Shown: piece by piece, positions 20,450 to 31,409 of the stretch
Numbering within the stretch: position 1 is the stretch's first letter
How the letters are laid out: the number at the start of each line of letters is the position of its first letter
NCBI GenBank assembly: GCA_018064825.1
Contig: JAGHUL010000041.1
Span: 465 to 64,464 of the forward strand
Reading direction: 5' to 3'
DNA from: Candidatus Colivicinus equi
Lineage (GTDB): Bacteria; Bacillota_I; Bacilli_A; Erysipelotrichales; Erysipelotrichaceae
Length of the DNA stretch: 64,000 nt
Program-made: the position numbers and the translations under genes
The notes under the pieces: model-generated
Seen by the model: only the letters and a program-made list of their open reading frames with translations
Database searches by the model: none
What the model was told of the DNA's origin: nothing

Positions 20450-21952
20450 TTATATTTTTTCTTTTATTAATTGGTAAACGCGATGGCCACCTTCTGCCGT
20501 TGGGGCAATACTTGCGTTACTGAAAGATTGTGTACCTAAATGATATAGATTATCTATAGGACTTTGATGAGGTGGCAAAAAACCTTTGCCATCTGGAACT
20601 AGTCCACCAAAAGAATGGAAGTTCGTATTAGTTAGATTGCGATAATAATCTGGCGTAATAATCTTTTCGAATACTATATGCTTTGACAAATTTGGAATAT
20701 GCCTTTCCGCTAAACTGATTAGTTTATCGGCATATTCTCTTTGTTTTTCTTCCCATATTCCATCATTAAGGAAATTAGGCGCAACCGTATATATCGTCAT
20801 AGCATATCTATCTTTTGGCGCAAAATCTTTATCTATATAACTATCTACAAATATTAAATAACCATCATTCCCCTCATGATATATTCCTTGTCTAAGTTTA
20901 TTAATCGCAAGAGATATATCAGATGTTCCATAGTAATAAACCAATGCTTGTTTTTGATATTGCATTGGGTCAATATCAACACCTAAATGAAGCATAAAGA
21001 CAGATTCCATCTTGCTCATTTTAGATAGATTATTAATAAATTCAGACTCTAAATATTCTTTTCCAAGTAAATCAAAATATAATTCTTGAGCGCCACAATC
21101 CGCAACTACAATATCTCCATCTATTTCTTTTTCGTTATCAACGATGACACCTTTAATTCGGTTATTATCTACAACCAATTTAGTAACAACGTGGCCATAA
21201 AGAATCTCTCCGCCTTGTTCAATAATATACTCAGCATATGCTTCAGGTATTTTTTGAACACCTCCACGAACATAGTTGAATGTAGGATAATATAGTTTGC
21301 CTTTTTTATTTGTAACAGGAATACGGTCATCGAAAGCAGTTTCAGGATTCAAAAAAGGAATGACAAAACAATTAACATCTTTTGGATCGGCACAAAAATC
21401 CGCAAGAATACCTTCAAAGACAATTCTTAAAGATTCGTTATTAAATAATTTCTTTAAGAATTCATCACAAGACATATCTTTATATTTTTTAATCTTTAAA
21501 AATTGAATTATTTTATCTATCTTACTAATTATGTCCTTTTTATTTGAGACATAATTGATTCTCATTATTGCTTCATAAAAACGATAATACTCATCAATTC
21601 CTTGAATATCATTAGGAAATAACTTTTTTAATTCTTCTTTGCGCCAAGTAGGACCTTCATATTTTTCTTTGCGGCATAAATTGATATCATCATATACTAG
21701 GCCTCGATCTGACTTAATTGTATCTAGATGTACACCAATAGAATCTAATACATTATATAAACGTTGTCCTTTGCTCATATCATCAATTAATAAAGGACCC
21801 TGCGCAAAACTATAGCCCTGTTCCTTATATAGAGCCATAACTCCACCAGGCACATTATTTTTTTCAATCATTACAATTTGATGGCCATCTTTAATTGCGT
21901 CAATTGCGAAAGTTAATGAAGCGATCCCTGCACCTATTACTATAATCTTCAT
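20450..21952 (-). CDS. NAD(P)/FAD-dependent oxidoreductase, phytoene-desaturase (CrtI)-like family
   Basis: N-terminal KIIVIGAGIASLTFA...IEKN Rossmann dinucleotide motif. Length is 500 aa. Confidence 0.75.
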   Translation of the reverse strand: MKIIVIGAGIASLTFAIDAIKDGHQIVMIEKNNVPGGVMALYKEQGYSFAQGPLLIDDMSKGQRLYNVLDSIGVHLDTIKSDRGLVYDDINLCRKEKYEGPTWRKEELKKLFPNDIQGIDEYYRFYEAIMRINYVSNKKDIISKIDKIIQFLKIKKYKDMSCDEFLKKLFNNESLRIVFEGILADFCADPKDVNCFVIPFLNPETAFDDRIPVTNKKGKLYYPTFNYVRGGVQKIPEAYAEYIIEQGGEILYGHVVTKLVVDNNRIKGVIVDNEKEIDGDIVVADCGAQELYFDLLGKEYLESEFINNLSKMSKMESVFMLHLGVDIDPMQYQKQALVYYYGTSDISLAINKLRQGIYHEGNDGYLIFVDSYIDKDFAPKDRYAMTIYTVAPNFLNDGIWEEKQREYADKLISLAERHIPNLSKHIVFEKIITPDYYRNLTNTNFHSFGGLVPDGKGFLPPHQSPIDNLYHLGTQSFSNASIAPTAEGGHRVYQLIKEKI

Positions 21953-21997
21953 ATTATTACCTTAACCATATTATAATGGAAAAAAGGAGTTTATCCT

Positions 21998-23395
21998 ATG
22001 GAACAACAATACACAAATAAACAAAAAGACTTTGAAGAACGTCAATATCAAAAGTTATCAAAACTAAAAGAATTGGGACGTTACAAAAATTATTTTATTG
22101 TCTTATTAGCTCTTATCTTAATGGTTGATATTATAGATAACATTACCACTAACGCTAATAATGCTGTCACTTCATCTTTTATTAAAGAATTCTTTATTAA
22201 TGGCCATCTATTCGGCAATGATTATGATTTGGCTAGTGGATTAGCTTTACATAATACTATCAGTTTAATTGGCCATGTTATAGGATTACTTACACCTTTT
22301 TATAAATCACTTGGCGACAAATATGGTCGTAAACCTCTGTTTGTCTTATCAACGCTAGGAATGACATTTGGTTTATTAATTGTGTATTTCTCTAAAAGCT
22401 ATCTAACTTTTATGATTGGTACATTTACAATGAGCTTCTTCTTAGGACATGATATTCAAATAATCTATATTTTGGAAGAAGCACCAGCTAAACATCGTGC
22501 AACAGTATATTCCATTATTAAAGGAATTGGTGGATTAAGCACAATTCTTTTACCAATAATGCGTGAATCATTGATGAGAAACGATGATACTCTATGGCGT
22601 AATATTTATATCCTTCCTGGAATCGCTGGACTCGTTATATGTTTATTAGTGCTAATATTCGCGAAAGAAACAAATACATATATTAACGGACGTTTAGAAT
22701 ACTTGCAAATTCCATATGAAGAAAGAATAAAACAAGAAGAACAATTAAAGAAAGAAAAGAAAGCTAATGGTAATAAAGCTGGAATATTCAATGCTGTTTC
22801 TTATATTTTTAAAAACAAAGATTTACGTACGCTTATCTTAATTAAGTCAATATTTGATGCCGCTATTATTGCTGTAACAAACTATGAGCCTATTATGAAT
22901 GAAGCCGGTATGAGTGCAGCTTCTATTACTGAAGCTTTATATTACTATCCAATCATTTATTGTGTTGCCGTAATTATTTCCGGATTCATGGCTGACAAAA
23001 TTGGACGTAAGAAAACAATTCTTATTTTTGGTTCTATAACATTCGTAGGCTTTGCATTATTTACATTAACTACAAGAAATCTTGCAGATCCAAAAATAAT
23101 CGGTTTATTCTATGGACTATATCTTGGTGGCTATTGGATTGGAAGAGATTATATGGAAATCATTTCAACAGAAATGGTACCAACAGATATTCGTGCATCA
23201 ATAGTTGGAGCCGAAGGATTGCTTGTATATGTAGGTATGGGAATTGGTTTAGCCGTAGTAAATATCGGCATGATTTTCATTCCAATATGGTTGACTTGCC
23301 TAGTTTGGATATTACCATGTGTTGGTATATCTTTATATTTCTTATCATTAAAGGTAAAAGAAACAAAAGGAATCGACTACGAAAGCATAAAGTAA
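21998..23395 (+). CDS. MFS transporter
   Basis: About 12 hydrophobic segments. The LGDKYGRKP and DKIGRKK loop motifs are typical of MFS loops 2-3 and 8-9. Confidence 0.8.
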   Translation: MEQQYTNKQKDFEERQYQKLSKLKELGRYKNYFIVLLALILMVDIIDNITTNANNAVTSSFIKEFFINGHLFGNDYDLASGLALHNTISLIGHVIGLLTPFYKSLGDKYGRKPLFVLSTLGMTFGLLIVYFSKSYLTFMIGTFTMSFFLGHDIQIIYILEEAPAKHRATVYSIIKGIGGLSTILLPIMRESLMRNDDTLWRNIYILPGIAGLVICLLVLIFAKETNTYINGRLEYLQIPYEERIKQEEQLKKEKKANGNKAGIFNAVSYIFKNKDLRTLILIKSIFDAAIIAVTNYEPIMNEAGMSAASITEALYYYPIIYCVAVIISGFMADKIGRKKTILIFGSITFVGFALFTLTTRNLADPKIIGLFYGLYLGGYWIGRDYMEIISTEMVPTDIRASIVGAEGLLVYVGMGIGLAVVNIGMIFIPIWLTCLVWILPCVGISLYFLSLKVKETKGIDYESIK

Positions 23396-23426
23396 ACCAT
23401 CAATTCGCACATTTACACCATAAAAA

Positions 23427-23451
23427 AAGTAGCTCACTTACTAAGCTACTT
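23427..23451 (-). terminator. Rho-independent terminator downstream of the double-glycine peptide ORF
   Basis: On the minus strand it reads AAGTAGCT-tagtaagtg-AGCTACTT followed by TTTTTTT. It lies 26 nt after the TAG at 23477-23479. Confidence 0.5.
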
Positions 23452-23476
23452 GAATCTTTTGATTATCTGATAACCA

Positions 23477-23749
23477 CTAGACAACTCTGAAATCTTTTCC
23501 AGATTGGTTGCTACCTTGTGTTATTTGTATGTTTGGAGTAGCATCCATGGTTGTACTGGCAACTGGTAGAACACCTGGCAAAAGAAATGCTGCAATGCCA
23601 AGTTGAATAAATAATTCAAAATGGCTTGAACCACCTACTACATATCCTAGTTCGTCATCTGATAGTTCTTGAACCTTTGTATTAAATGATTCACATTCTT
23701 GTTTTAATGATTTTAATTCTTCATTTGTTTTTGACTTTTTTTCTCCTTT
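23477..23749 (-). other. Bacteriocin-like peptide ORF with double-glycine leader, with no in-frame start codon (possibly frameshifted)
   Basis: My translation of the minus strand is KGEKKSKTNEELKSLKQECESFNTKVQELSDDELGYVVGG/SSHFELFIQLGIAAFLLPGVLPVASTTMDATPNIQITQGSNQSGKDFRVV*. LSDDELGYVVGG fits the LSxxELxxIxGG leader consensus. A GGAG lies upstream and the ORF has its own terminator. The only nearby ATG (23722-23724) is in the +1 frame and hits TAA after 3 codons. Confidence 0.45.
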
Positions 23750-23882
23750 TTATGAGACAAATCTTCTTATACAAACTTTAATGCAAAGATGATTCACTAA
23801 TGTATACGTAGTTTATGTTAGATGGCTGCAATAAAAGTGTTATTTTTTGTTCAAAAATAACAATAGGCACATAAAGTGCCTA

Positions 23883-24695
23883 TTAATCTAGAAAATCTTT
23901 TCGATAATTTAACTTAAAGTGTGCAGCTAAATCTTTTAGGTTTTGATCGGTGATAGGATTAATTATTTCTCTTTCCCCTATCATCATATATACTTGGGCA
24001 GATTTTTCTACTGTTTCAACTAAACCGAACGCCTCATCTAATGTGTCACCTACACCATAGATACCATGATTAGGCCACAAAACAATACGATAATCTTTCA
24101 TCTTGTTTGCGGTAGCTTCACCTATCTCGTTGGTGCCACATACCATCCAAGGAAGTACGCCTATACCATCAGGGAAGACAACAATACACTCATTGTTCAT
24201 TTTCCAAATAGTTCTTGTGAATTCCCTATCTGATAAAGGATGAACAAAGCTCATAGCCATGATTGCTAAAGGATGAGTGTGAAGAACAACACGATGATTT
24301 TTAGAAACTTTTAATCTTTCGATATGAGACATTAGATGTGCAGGAAATTCTGAAGTGAATTTGCCACCATCTTCAAAACCCCATAATAACTCAGCTGTAA
24401 CTCCATCGTCTTTAATTCTTAGGATGCCTAAATTAAATGCAGGATCTCTTTCAACATTCTTGAAATACTTACCAGTTCCGGTGACTAAAAAATATTTACC
24501 TGCAAGTTCTTTTGCATTAAAACCTAAAGGCATTTCTCTAACAACATTATTAATATCAAGATATTCTTTTAATTCGTCTTCATATAAAAGATACGAAATA
24601 TTACCACCATTTCTTTCGTCCCAACCTAGACGATACATGTTGGTAGCCATTCTCGCAAACTCAATTACAAATTCACTTGTTCTAACGTCTTTCAT
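23883..24695 (-). CDS. rhaD: Rhamnulose-1-phosphate aldolase
   Basis: YRLGWDERNGGNISYLL and VVLHTHP motifs, 270 aa. It is the last gene of a rhaB-rhaM-rhaA-rhaD array. Confidence 0.9.
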   Translation of the reverse strand: MKDVRTSEFVIEFARMATNMYRLGWDERNGGNISYLLYEDELKEYLDINNVVREMPLGFNAKELAGKYFLVTGTGKYFKNVERDPAFNLGILRIKDDGVTAELLWGFEDGGKFTSEFPAHLMSHIERLKVSKNHRVVLHTHPLAIMAMSFVHPLSDREFTRTIWKMNNECIVVFPDGIGVLPWMVCGTNEIGEATANKMKDYRIVLWPNHGIYGVGDTLDEAFGLVETVEKSAQVYMMIGEREIINPITDQNLKDLAAHFKLNYRKDFLD

Positions 24696-25921
24696 CTTTT
24701 GCTTAATACTTCTTTCTCATATTTTTTAACAACAGATAAATAATCTTGTTCTACTTTTTCTCTTTGCAAGAATTCATTCCAAACATCACCTAACGGTAAG
24801 GTTTTTAATTCTTCATGTTTAACTTGTAGAGAAGTAAAATCATTATTATCTTGAAGTTTCTTCATATCTTTATTTGGTTCTAATAAAGCATATAATAAAG
24901 CTTTTTGTAAGTTGCGAACACCAGTTACCCATGCACTAATTCTGTTGATTGAAGCATCAAAATAATCTGTAGCTAGACTAACTTTATCTACACCACATCT
25001 TACTACTTCTTTCATCATTTCTCTTGTTTCATCATCGAATGATATTACGTGATCAGAATCCCATCTCATTGGTCTAGTTACATGAAGCATCATCTTATCA
25101 GAGAATGTCAATAATGAAGATATCTTATCAGATACCATCTCTGTAGGATGGTAATGGCCATTATCTACTAATGGAGTAATGCCATTTTTCATTGCATAGG
25201 CTAAACAAAATTCTGCAGAAACAACAGTATAAGCTTCTACACCGATACCAAATACTTTTGATTCTAGTGTTGGAATCACTAATTTCTTATCATATTTTGT
25301 TTTAAAGATTTTATCCAAAGATTCTTTCATTCTTAGTCTTGGACCAATTCTATCTGCTGGAAAATCTTTAAAGCCATCAGGCATCCAAAAGTTCACATAA
25401 CATGGTTGTTTAAGTTCTTTCGCAAAGTATTCTGCAATCTTCAAACAACGTTTACCATGTTCAATCCAATAGTCTCTAACTTCTTTATCAGGAGAAGATA
25501 ATGTCAAACCATCTTTTACCATTGGATGAGAGAAGAATGTTGGATTAAAGTCTAGACCAATCTTTCTTTTCTTGGCATACTCAACCCACTTTGCATAATG
25601 CTTAGGTTCAATTTTATTTCGACCTACTGGTTTTTCCATAATTGCATATGATGCATGAAGATTTAACTTCTTTTTACCAGGACAAAGTTCTAATACCTTA
25701 TCGAAGTCAGCCATCAATTCTTCAGGAGTTGTTGCCTTTCCAGGATAGTTTCCTGTAGTTTGAATACCGCCTGAGGCAGCTTGCCTACTATCAAAACCTA
25801 CAACATCATCACCTTGCCAACAATGAATGGAGATAGTTATATTCTTTAACTCCTTTAATGCTTTTTCTGTATCTACACCATATTGTTTATAAATCTGTTT
25901 TGCGCTTTGGTATCTTTCCAT
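24692..25921 (-). CDS. rhaA: L-rhamnose isomerase
   Basis: 409 aa with ISIHCWQGDDV and DNGHYHPTE motifs. It has a 4-nt overlap with rhaD. Confidence 0.9.
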   Translation of the reverse strand: MERYQSAKQIYKQYGVDTEKALKELKNITISIHCWQGDDVVGFDSRQAASGGIQTTGNYPGKATTPEELMADFDKVLELCPGKKKLNLHASYAIMEKPVGRNKIEPKHYAKWVEYAKKRKIGLDFNPTFFSHPMVKDGLTLSSPDKEVRDYWIEHGKRCLKIAEYFAKELKQPCYVNFWMPDGFKDFPADRIGPRLRMKESLDKIFKTKYDKKLVIPTLESKVFGIGVEAYTVVSAEFCLAYAMKNGITPLVDNGHYHPTEMVSDKISSLLTFSDKMMLHVTRPMRWDSDHVISFDDETREMMKEVVRCGVDKVSLATDYFDASINRISAWVTGVRNLQKALLYALLEPNKDMKKLQDNNDFTSLQVKHEELKTLPLGDVWNEFLQREKVEQDYLSVVKKYEKEVLSKR

Positions 25922-25928
25922 AATTCAC

Positions 25929-26249
25929 CTACCTAAATTCAAACACTTTCTTTAATAATGGCTGAGCACCTGTAACAGGATCTTTTTCCATTATCAAGAT
26001 ATCTTTCATATATTCATCCCATTTCTTATTGATATCTGACATCGCTTGGATTTTAGATGCATACTCAACTCCGTTTTCACATTCATAGTAACCAAACATC
26101 TCATTACCAACATTCCAAATTGTGTAGTTCTTAATTCCTGCATCTGCTAACATCTGTTTCATTTCAGGCCAAATCGCATTATGTCTTTTAATATATTCAT
26201 CAAGACAGCCTTCTTTTACTAAGCCTTTCCATGCATACTTTTCCATCAT
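25929..26249 (-). CDS. rhaM: L-rhamnose mutarotase
   Basis: 106 aa. Y.K.H..IWPE and NY(T/S)IW patterns are present, and it sits in an operon context. Confidence 0.85.
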   Translation of the reverse strand: MMEKYAWKGLVKEGCLDEYIKRHNAIWPEMKQMLADAGIKNYTIWNVGNEMFGYYECENGVEYASKIQAMSDINKKWDEYMKDILIMEKDPVTGAQPLLKKVFEFR

Positions 26250-27514
26250 TCAACCTCCATTTGAATTTTAAGATTGCCTAAAGAAGTAGCTTCAATAGGT
26301 AATGCGATGATATTCTTCTCTGTATATTTTTTACTTAAATCATTTAATAGCCAATTCTTTGCGCCACCACCAACGATATAGATATCGTGGTATTTTTTGT
26401 TTGTGTTTTTCTCTAATTCTTCAATAGCTTTTGCGTAACAAATAGCTAAAGATTTATATGCACATCTAAAATAATCACCGTTGCTTGTTGGCTTATTCAT
26501 TAAATGTTTATCAAAAGACTCTCTCATAGATTTTGGCGAAATGAAATCATCTGAGTTTACATCAACAGTATCTTCATATGTAGATGCTTCTGCTAATTTT
26601 GTAATATCGACAACGCTTAATTCTGGACACAATTCTTTGTGTAGTTCATTAACAACCCACAGCCCCATAATATTCTTTTGGTAACGATTATAATTTATAC
26701 CACCCTCGTTAGAATAATTTACAACCAACGAATTATCATCGACTATTGGTTTATCGGTTTTAATACCCAGGATTGACCAAGTGCCACTTGATATATATGG
26801 CTCATTGCCTATCATCGGAATGCCTTCAACAGCACTAGCAGTATCGTGAGTTGCACAAAGAACAACTTTAATTCCTTTATATTCACCTAAACACTTTTTC
26901 GGATGTGACAACTTCTTGAATAAACGTTTTGGAAGTTTCAATTTATCAATAATATCTTCATCAAATTCCAAACTATCGGCACTAATCATACCCGTTGTTG
27001 TTGCATCGGTGAATTCTTTTACTTTGTTTCCTGTTAAACGATATAACAAATATTCAGGAATCATTAAAAAATCAGTAGCTTCATCAAGACGGCCGTTTTT
27101 TAAGTCGTGATATAACTGATAAATTGTATTAAATCTTTGAAATTGACTACCAGTATGCTTATATAGTTCTTTAAAACTTACTATCGAATGGACTTCATCA
27201 ACGACATCTTCTGTGCGCTCATCACGATAACTATATACTGGATATATTGTTTTATCTTCGTTAAGCAAAACATAATCAATACCCCATGTATCTATAGATA
27301 GAGAAGTGATATCGTATTTTTCTTTTGCTATATCAATTCCTATTCTTACTTGTCTTTCTATTTCATCGATATCCCATACTAGATGGCCATTATATTCTTT
27401 AACACCATTATCAAAACGGTATACTTCAACAGTTTTGATTTCATTATTTTCTTTGTAACCAATGATATGTCTACCACTAGATGCGCCAATATCTATCGCT
27501 AAATAGTATTCCAT
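26246..27514 (-). CDS. rhaB: Rhamnulokinase (FGGY family)
   Basis: YLAIDIGASSGRHI N-terminal motif and VGGGAKN. It is the first gene of the rha operon. Confidence 0.85.
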   Translation of the reverse strand: MEYYLAIDIGASSGRHIIGYKENNEIKTVEVYRFDNGVKEYNGHLVWDIDEIERQVRIGIDIAKEKYDITSLSIDTWGIDYVLLNEDKTIYPVYSYRDERTEDVVDEVHSIVSFKELYKHTGSQFQRFNTIYQLYHDLKNGRLDEATDFLMIPEYLLYRLTGNKVKEFTDATTTGMISADSLEFDEDIIDKLKLPKRLFKKLSHPKKCLGEYKGIKVVLCATHDTASAVEGIPMIGNEPYISSGTWSILGIKTDKPIVDDNSLVVNYSNEGGINYNRYQKNIMGLWVVNELHKELCPELSVVDITKLAEASTYEDTVDVNSDDFISPKSMRESFDKHLMNKPTSNGDYFRCAYKSLAICYAKAIEELEKNTNKKYHDIYIVGGGAKNWLLNDLSKKYTEKNIIALPIEATSLGNLKIQMEVE

Positions 27515-27596
27515 AACTAAATTATAGCATTGATAATGTTGTGCTAAATTGCTTCCATTTCCTTGATATCACTATTTTTCATCGTAAAATTAAACT

Positions 27597-27992
27597 ATGA
27601 ACAATTTTATAAACAAAATCAAAAACTTCTTTAGAAATTTGTATGCACGTAGTTACGGAATGGATGATATCAATAGAACGCTACTAGTTCTAGCTTTTGT
27701 TTCATCAATAATAGAGCTAATAACAAGAAGCACTATCATATATGTCATTTCAACATTATTTATTGTTATCTTTATCTTTAGATATTTTTCAAGTAAAAAA
27801 TTTGCTAGAAGTGAAGAGAATCGTAAATATCGTAAATTAATAAAGTTGATTAAAACGAAATGGACATATCGAAAAACACATCGTGTCTTTATGTGCAAGA
27901 ATTGTGGTCAATTAATCAAAATACCTAAAGGACACGGAAACGTAATAGTAACTTGCCCAAACTGTCATAATCAAGAAGAACATAAGTCATAA
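27597..27992 (+). CDS. Small membrane protein with C-terminal zinc-ribbon (CxxC...CxxC)
   Basis: One or two TM segments followed by CKNCGQLIKIPKGHGNVIVTCPNCHN. Function is unknown. Confidence 0.5.
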   Translation: MNNFINKIKNFFRNLYARSYGMDDINRTLLVLAFVSSIIELITRSTIIYVISTLFIVIFIFRYFSSKKFARSEENRKYRKLIKLIKTKWTYRKTHRVFMCKNCGQLIKIPKGHGNVIVTCPNCHNQEEHKS

Positions 27993-28020
27993 GAAAAAAG
28001 AGCAATTGCTCTTTTTTCTT
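27991..28020. terminator. Bidirectional terminator (perfect 30-nt palindrome)
   Basis: AAGAAAAAAGAGCAATTGCTCTTTTTTCTT lies between convergent genes. Confidence 0.6.
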
Positions 28021-29422
28021 ATTCGTTGATATAACAAACTTTTCCAGGATTAAGTATATCTTTAGGATCAAATACTTTCTTAATTCCTTGCATCAATGCA
28101 ATCTGTTTATCGCCTACTTGTTTAGCCAAGTATTCTCTTTTTGCATAGCCGATACCATGTTCTCCAGAAACATGTCCTTCATATTCTATTGCCTTGTTAT
28201 ATAGTAAGTCGAAGGCCTTATTTAGACGAAGCTTCCATTCATCTTTGTTCAAACCGTCACGACAAATATAGATATGAAGATTGCCATCTCCTGCATGGCC
28301 AAACGAAGGAATTCTTACATTGACTTCTTTAGCTACTTCATGAGTATATTCAATGTATTTTGCTACTTTATTCTTTGGAACAACAACATCACATTCATCC
28401 ATTTCGTCTGTTGATGCTTTAATTGCTTCTAGGAAAGCACCTCTAGCAGACCATACTGATTTCTTTCTTTCATCAGTATCAACAAAGTAACCATCAATAG
28501 CTCCGTGTTCAATACATAAATTAGCGACTTTAGTATATTCCTCTTCAATCTCTTGTTTGTTGTTACCATCAAAAGTCAACAAGATATAAGCTTCGTAATT
28601 TGTATCAGGGAACTTTTTACCTAAAAAACTTTCGGCAGAAATTATAGTATCTAGCGACATATACTCAATAGCAGTTAAGCTAGCTTTTGATTTAATAATC
28701 TCTGGTACAACTTCTATAGCTTTCTCCATTGTATTGAAAGGTAATAACATAGACACGCTTTGGCTTGGTAGAGGTAATAACTTTAAGATTGCTTCAGTAA
28801 TGATACATAAAGTACCCTCTGAACCAACGATTAAATCTTTCATTGCATAACCTGATGAGTTCTTAACACACTTGCTACCAAATGTCTCAATATCACCATT
28901 TGGAAGAACAACCTTAAGGCCTCTTACATAATCTCTTGTTACACCATACTTAACTGCTCTCATACCACCAGCATTAGTCGAGATGTTGCCACCTATTGTA
29001 GCAGTCTTCTCACCTGGATCAGGTGGATAGAATAAACCATGGTCTTCAACATAAGCTTGTAGTTCCATAAGTAAAACACCAGGTTCTACTGTAATTGTTA
29101 AATTATCTTCATCTAGCTCTAGGATATGATTCATTAACGATGTACGAATCATGATACCGCCATTAATTGGCGTACTAGAACCAACTAGTCCTGTTCCAGA
29201 GCCTCTTGCGACTACTGGAATGTTATTATCGTAAGCATATTTCATTATTTTTGATACTTCTAAAGTATCTAAAACATTGATTAATACTTCAGGCATTGCT
29301 TCAATGCCACCTAATTCATCATGAGAAAAATCGTGAGATATTTCTTCACCCACAAATATTCTTTCTTGAGGGATGACAGACTTCAAAAATTCAATATCAT
29401 TACTATCAATTTTCTTATACAT
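28019..29422 (-). CDS. FAD-linked oxidase (GlcD-like), probable Etf-dependent lactate dehydrogenase
   Basis: FAD_binding_4-type N-terminal region ([12 protein letters not shown]) and C-terminal [10 protein letters not shown] / ILNPGK motifs. It is directly downstream of etfB-etfA. Confidence 0.8.
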   Translation of the reverse strand: MYKKIDSNDIEFLKSVIPQERIFVGEEISHDFSHDELGGIEAMPEVLINVLDTLEVSKIMKYAYDNNIPVVARGSGTGLVGSSTPINGGIMIRTSLMNHILELDEDNLTITVEPGVLLMELQAYVEDHGLFYPPDPGEKTATIGGNISTNAGGMRAVKYGVTRDYVRGLKVVLPNGDIETFGSKCVKNSSGYAMKDLIVGSEGTLCIITEAILKLLPLPSQSVSMLLPFNTMEKAIEVVPEIIKSKASLTAIEYMSLDTIISAESFLGKKFPDTNYEAYILLTFDGNNKQEIEEEYTKVANLCIEHGAIDGYFVDTDERKKSVWSARGAFLEAIKASTDEMDECDVVVPKNKVAKYIEYTHEVAKEVNVRIPSFGHAGDGNLHIYICRDGLNKDEWKLRLNKAFDLLYNKAIEYEGHVSGEHGIGYAKREYLAKQVGDKQIALMQGIKKVFDPKDILNPGKVCYINE

Positions 29423-29423
29423 T

Positions 29424-30614
29424 CTATTTGCCCTCCTTAATCATGTTTATTAGTTCTGGAACTACCTTATACATATCACCAACAATTCCATAGTTAGCTA
29501 CATCAAAGATTGGAGCATGTGGGTCAGTGTTTATTGCGACAATTGTGTCTGATGATTTCATACCAGAACAGAATTGAACTGAACCAGAAATACCTAAAGT
29601 AATAATAAGTTTAGGTTTAACAGTTTTACCACTCAAACCAATTTGATGTTTACTATCAAATAATCCTTCTTCTACTAGCGGCCTAGAACAAGCGACATTA
29701 CCATTCAATAACTCTGCTAATTCATGAACCATAGCTAAATCTTCTTTTGCTTTTAAACCTCTTCCTACAGCTACTATTACTTCTGATTCGGAAATATCTA
29801 ATTCTTTTGGTTTTTGTATTGTTTCAAGAACTGTTGTATGACTCTTTAGCCATTCGTCTTTTATTTCAACTTTTTCAATAACGCCTACAATCTTATCAAC
29901 TTTTTTTGGAGCATCGAAAACTTTGTATCTAACTGTCGCGAATTGAGGACGATGATCAGGGTTGATGATTTGCGCCATGATATTGCCACCAAATGCAGGT
30001 CTGATTTGTACTAAGTCAGTGTTTTCTTTCATTTCTAATTTTGTACAATCAGCAGTTAAACCTGTATGGAATCTTGCAGCAACTCTTGGAGCTAGTGATC
30101 TACCAACATTGGTTGCACCAACAAGGATTGAACTAGGCTTAACAGTATTAATGAAATCTTCAAAACAATTAGTATAAGTTTCAACATCAAAATCTTTTAA
30201 AGCTGAATGTTCATATAGATAAACTTTATCAACACCATACGATAAGAATTCTTCAACATTAGTTTCGATATTGTCGCCAATTGCTAAAACATAAACTGGA
30301 TGATTAATTACCTTAGCTAATTCAATAGCTTTGCCTACTAATTCAAAACTAACTTTGTGAGTTATACCTGCTTCAATATCTGCATAAACACAAATACCTT
30401 TATACTCATCTTTATTAATAGTGCTTGTTTGTGTTTCTTCTTCAAAAGTAACAACACCAGCTGGACCTTTTCTTACGCACATCTTGCATAATTTACATCC
30501 AGCATTGATATCTAATTTATTATTTTCGTAACTGATTGCATTAAATGGACAAAGCTCTTGTAGGGCTTTACCTGTTTCATCATTTACTAAATTTTGATTT
30601 ATTTTTAGTCCCAT
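29424..30614 (-). CDS. etfA: Electron transfer flavoprotein alpha subunit with N-terminal ferredoxin-like Cys cluster
   Basis: [12 protein letters not shown] cluster motif, then an EtfA core with [21 protein letters not shown]. Confidence 0.9.
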   Translation of the reverse strand: MGLKINQNLVNDETGKALQELCPFNAISYENNKLDINAGCKLCKMCVRKGPAGVVTFEEETQTSTINKDEYKGICVYADIEAGITHKVSFELVGKAIELAKVINHPVYVLAIGDNIETNVEEFLSYGVDKVYLYEHSALKDFDVETYTNCFEDFINTVKPSSILVGATNVGRSLAPRVAARFHTGLTADCTKLEMKENTDLVQIRPAFGGNIMAQIINPDHRPQFATVRYKVFDAPKKVDKIVGVIEKVEIKDEWLKSHTTVLETIQKPKELDISESEVIVAVGRGLKAKEDLAMVHELAELLNGNVACSRPLVEEGLFDSKHQIGLSGKTVKPKLIITLGISGSVQFCSGMKSSDTIVAINTDPHAPIFDVANYGIVGDMYKVVPELINMIKEGK

Positions 30615-30623
30615 AAAGCCCTC

Positions 30624-31409
30624 CTAGATAAATTTCTTTTCAGCTAATATATCGTATATTGCCTTAGCTAGTTCGCCATCGACAAACATTTGCTTATCTT
30701 TACGTTTATCTGGTTCGAATATTCTTTCAACCTTTGTCGCAGAGCCTTTTAAGCCATAATGATTTTCGTCTTGATCTTCGATATCATTGAATGTAATTAT
30801 CTTTATTAAGTCAGCACAATCTTTTAATTCAGCTTTTCTTTTAAAAGATGGAAGTCGAGGTGTATTGATGTCGTTGTTGGCACATATCAAACAAGGTGTA
30901 CTTACTATAGCCTTAAGAGTCTTATCTCCTAAGTCAGATACATATTCAAGTTTTTCATCTTTTAATTCAACTTTAGTAACATTAGCAACATGAGGAATAT
31001 TTAAATGTTCAGCTAGTTCAGCACCAACTTGAGCAGTATCGCCGTCAGTAGTTTGCTTGCCTGTGAGAATAAGATCATAATCACCCATCGTTTTAATGCC
31101 GCTACACAAAGTATATGAAGTTGCCAAAACATCTGCTCCACCAAATTTGCGGTCAGAAATTAATACGCCACCGTCAGCTCCCATATATATTGCTTCTCTA
31201 ATAACATCTAAAGCAGCAGGAGGACCCATAGATATTACTTTCAAACTTCCTCCGTACTCTTTTTTTAATGAAAGGCCTAATTCTAGAGCATTCAAATCAT
31301 CAGGATTCATCTTAGAAGCGACGCCATCTCTAATTAGCGTCCCTGTATCAGGATTTACCTTAACATTAGTTGTTCCAGGCACCTGTTTTATACAAACTAT
31401 TATGTTCAT
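30624..31409 (-). CDS. etfB: Electron transfer flavoprotein beta subunit
   Basis: MNIIVCIKQVPGT start and DLILTGKQTTDGDTAQVG motif. Confidence 0.9.
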   Translation of the reverse strand: MNIIVCIKQVPGTTNVKVNPDTGTLIRDGVASKMNPDDLNALELGLSLKKEYGGSLKVISMGPPAALDVIREAIYMGADGGVLISDRKFGGADVLATSYTLCSGIKTMGDYDLILTGKQTTDGDTAQVGAELAEHLNIPHVANVTKVELKDEKLEYVSDLGDKTLKAIVSTPCLICANNDINTPRLPSFKRKAELKDCADLIKIITFNDIEDQDENHYGLKGSATKVERIFEPDKRKDKQMFVDGELAKAIYDILAEKKFI

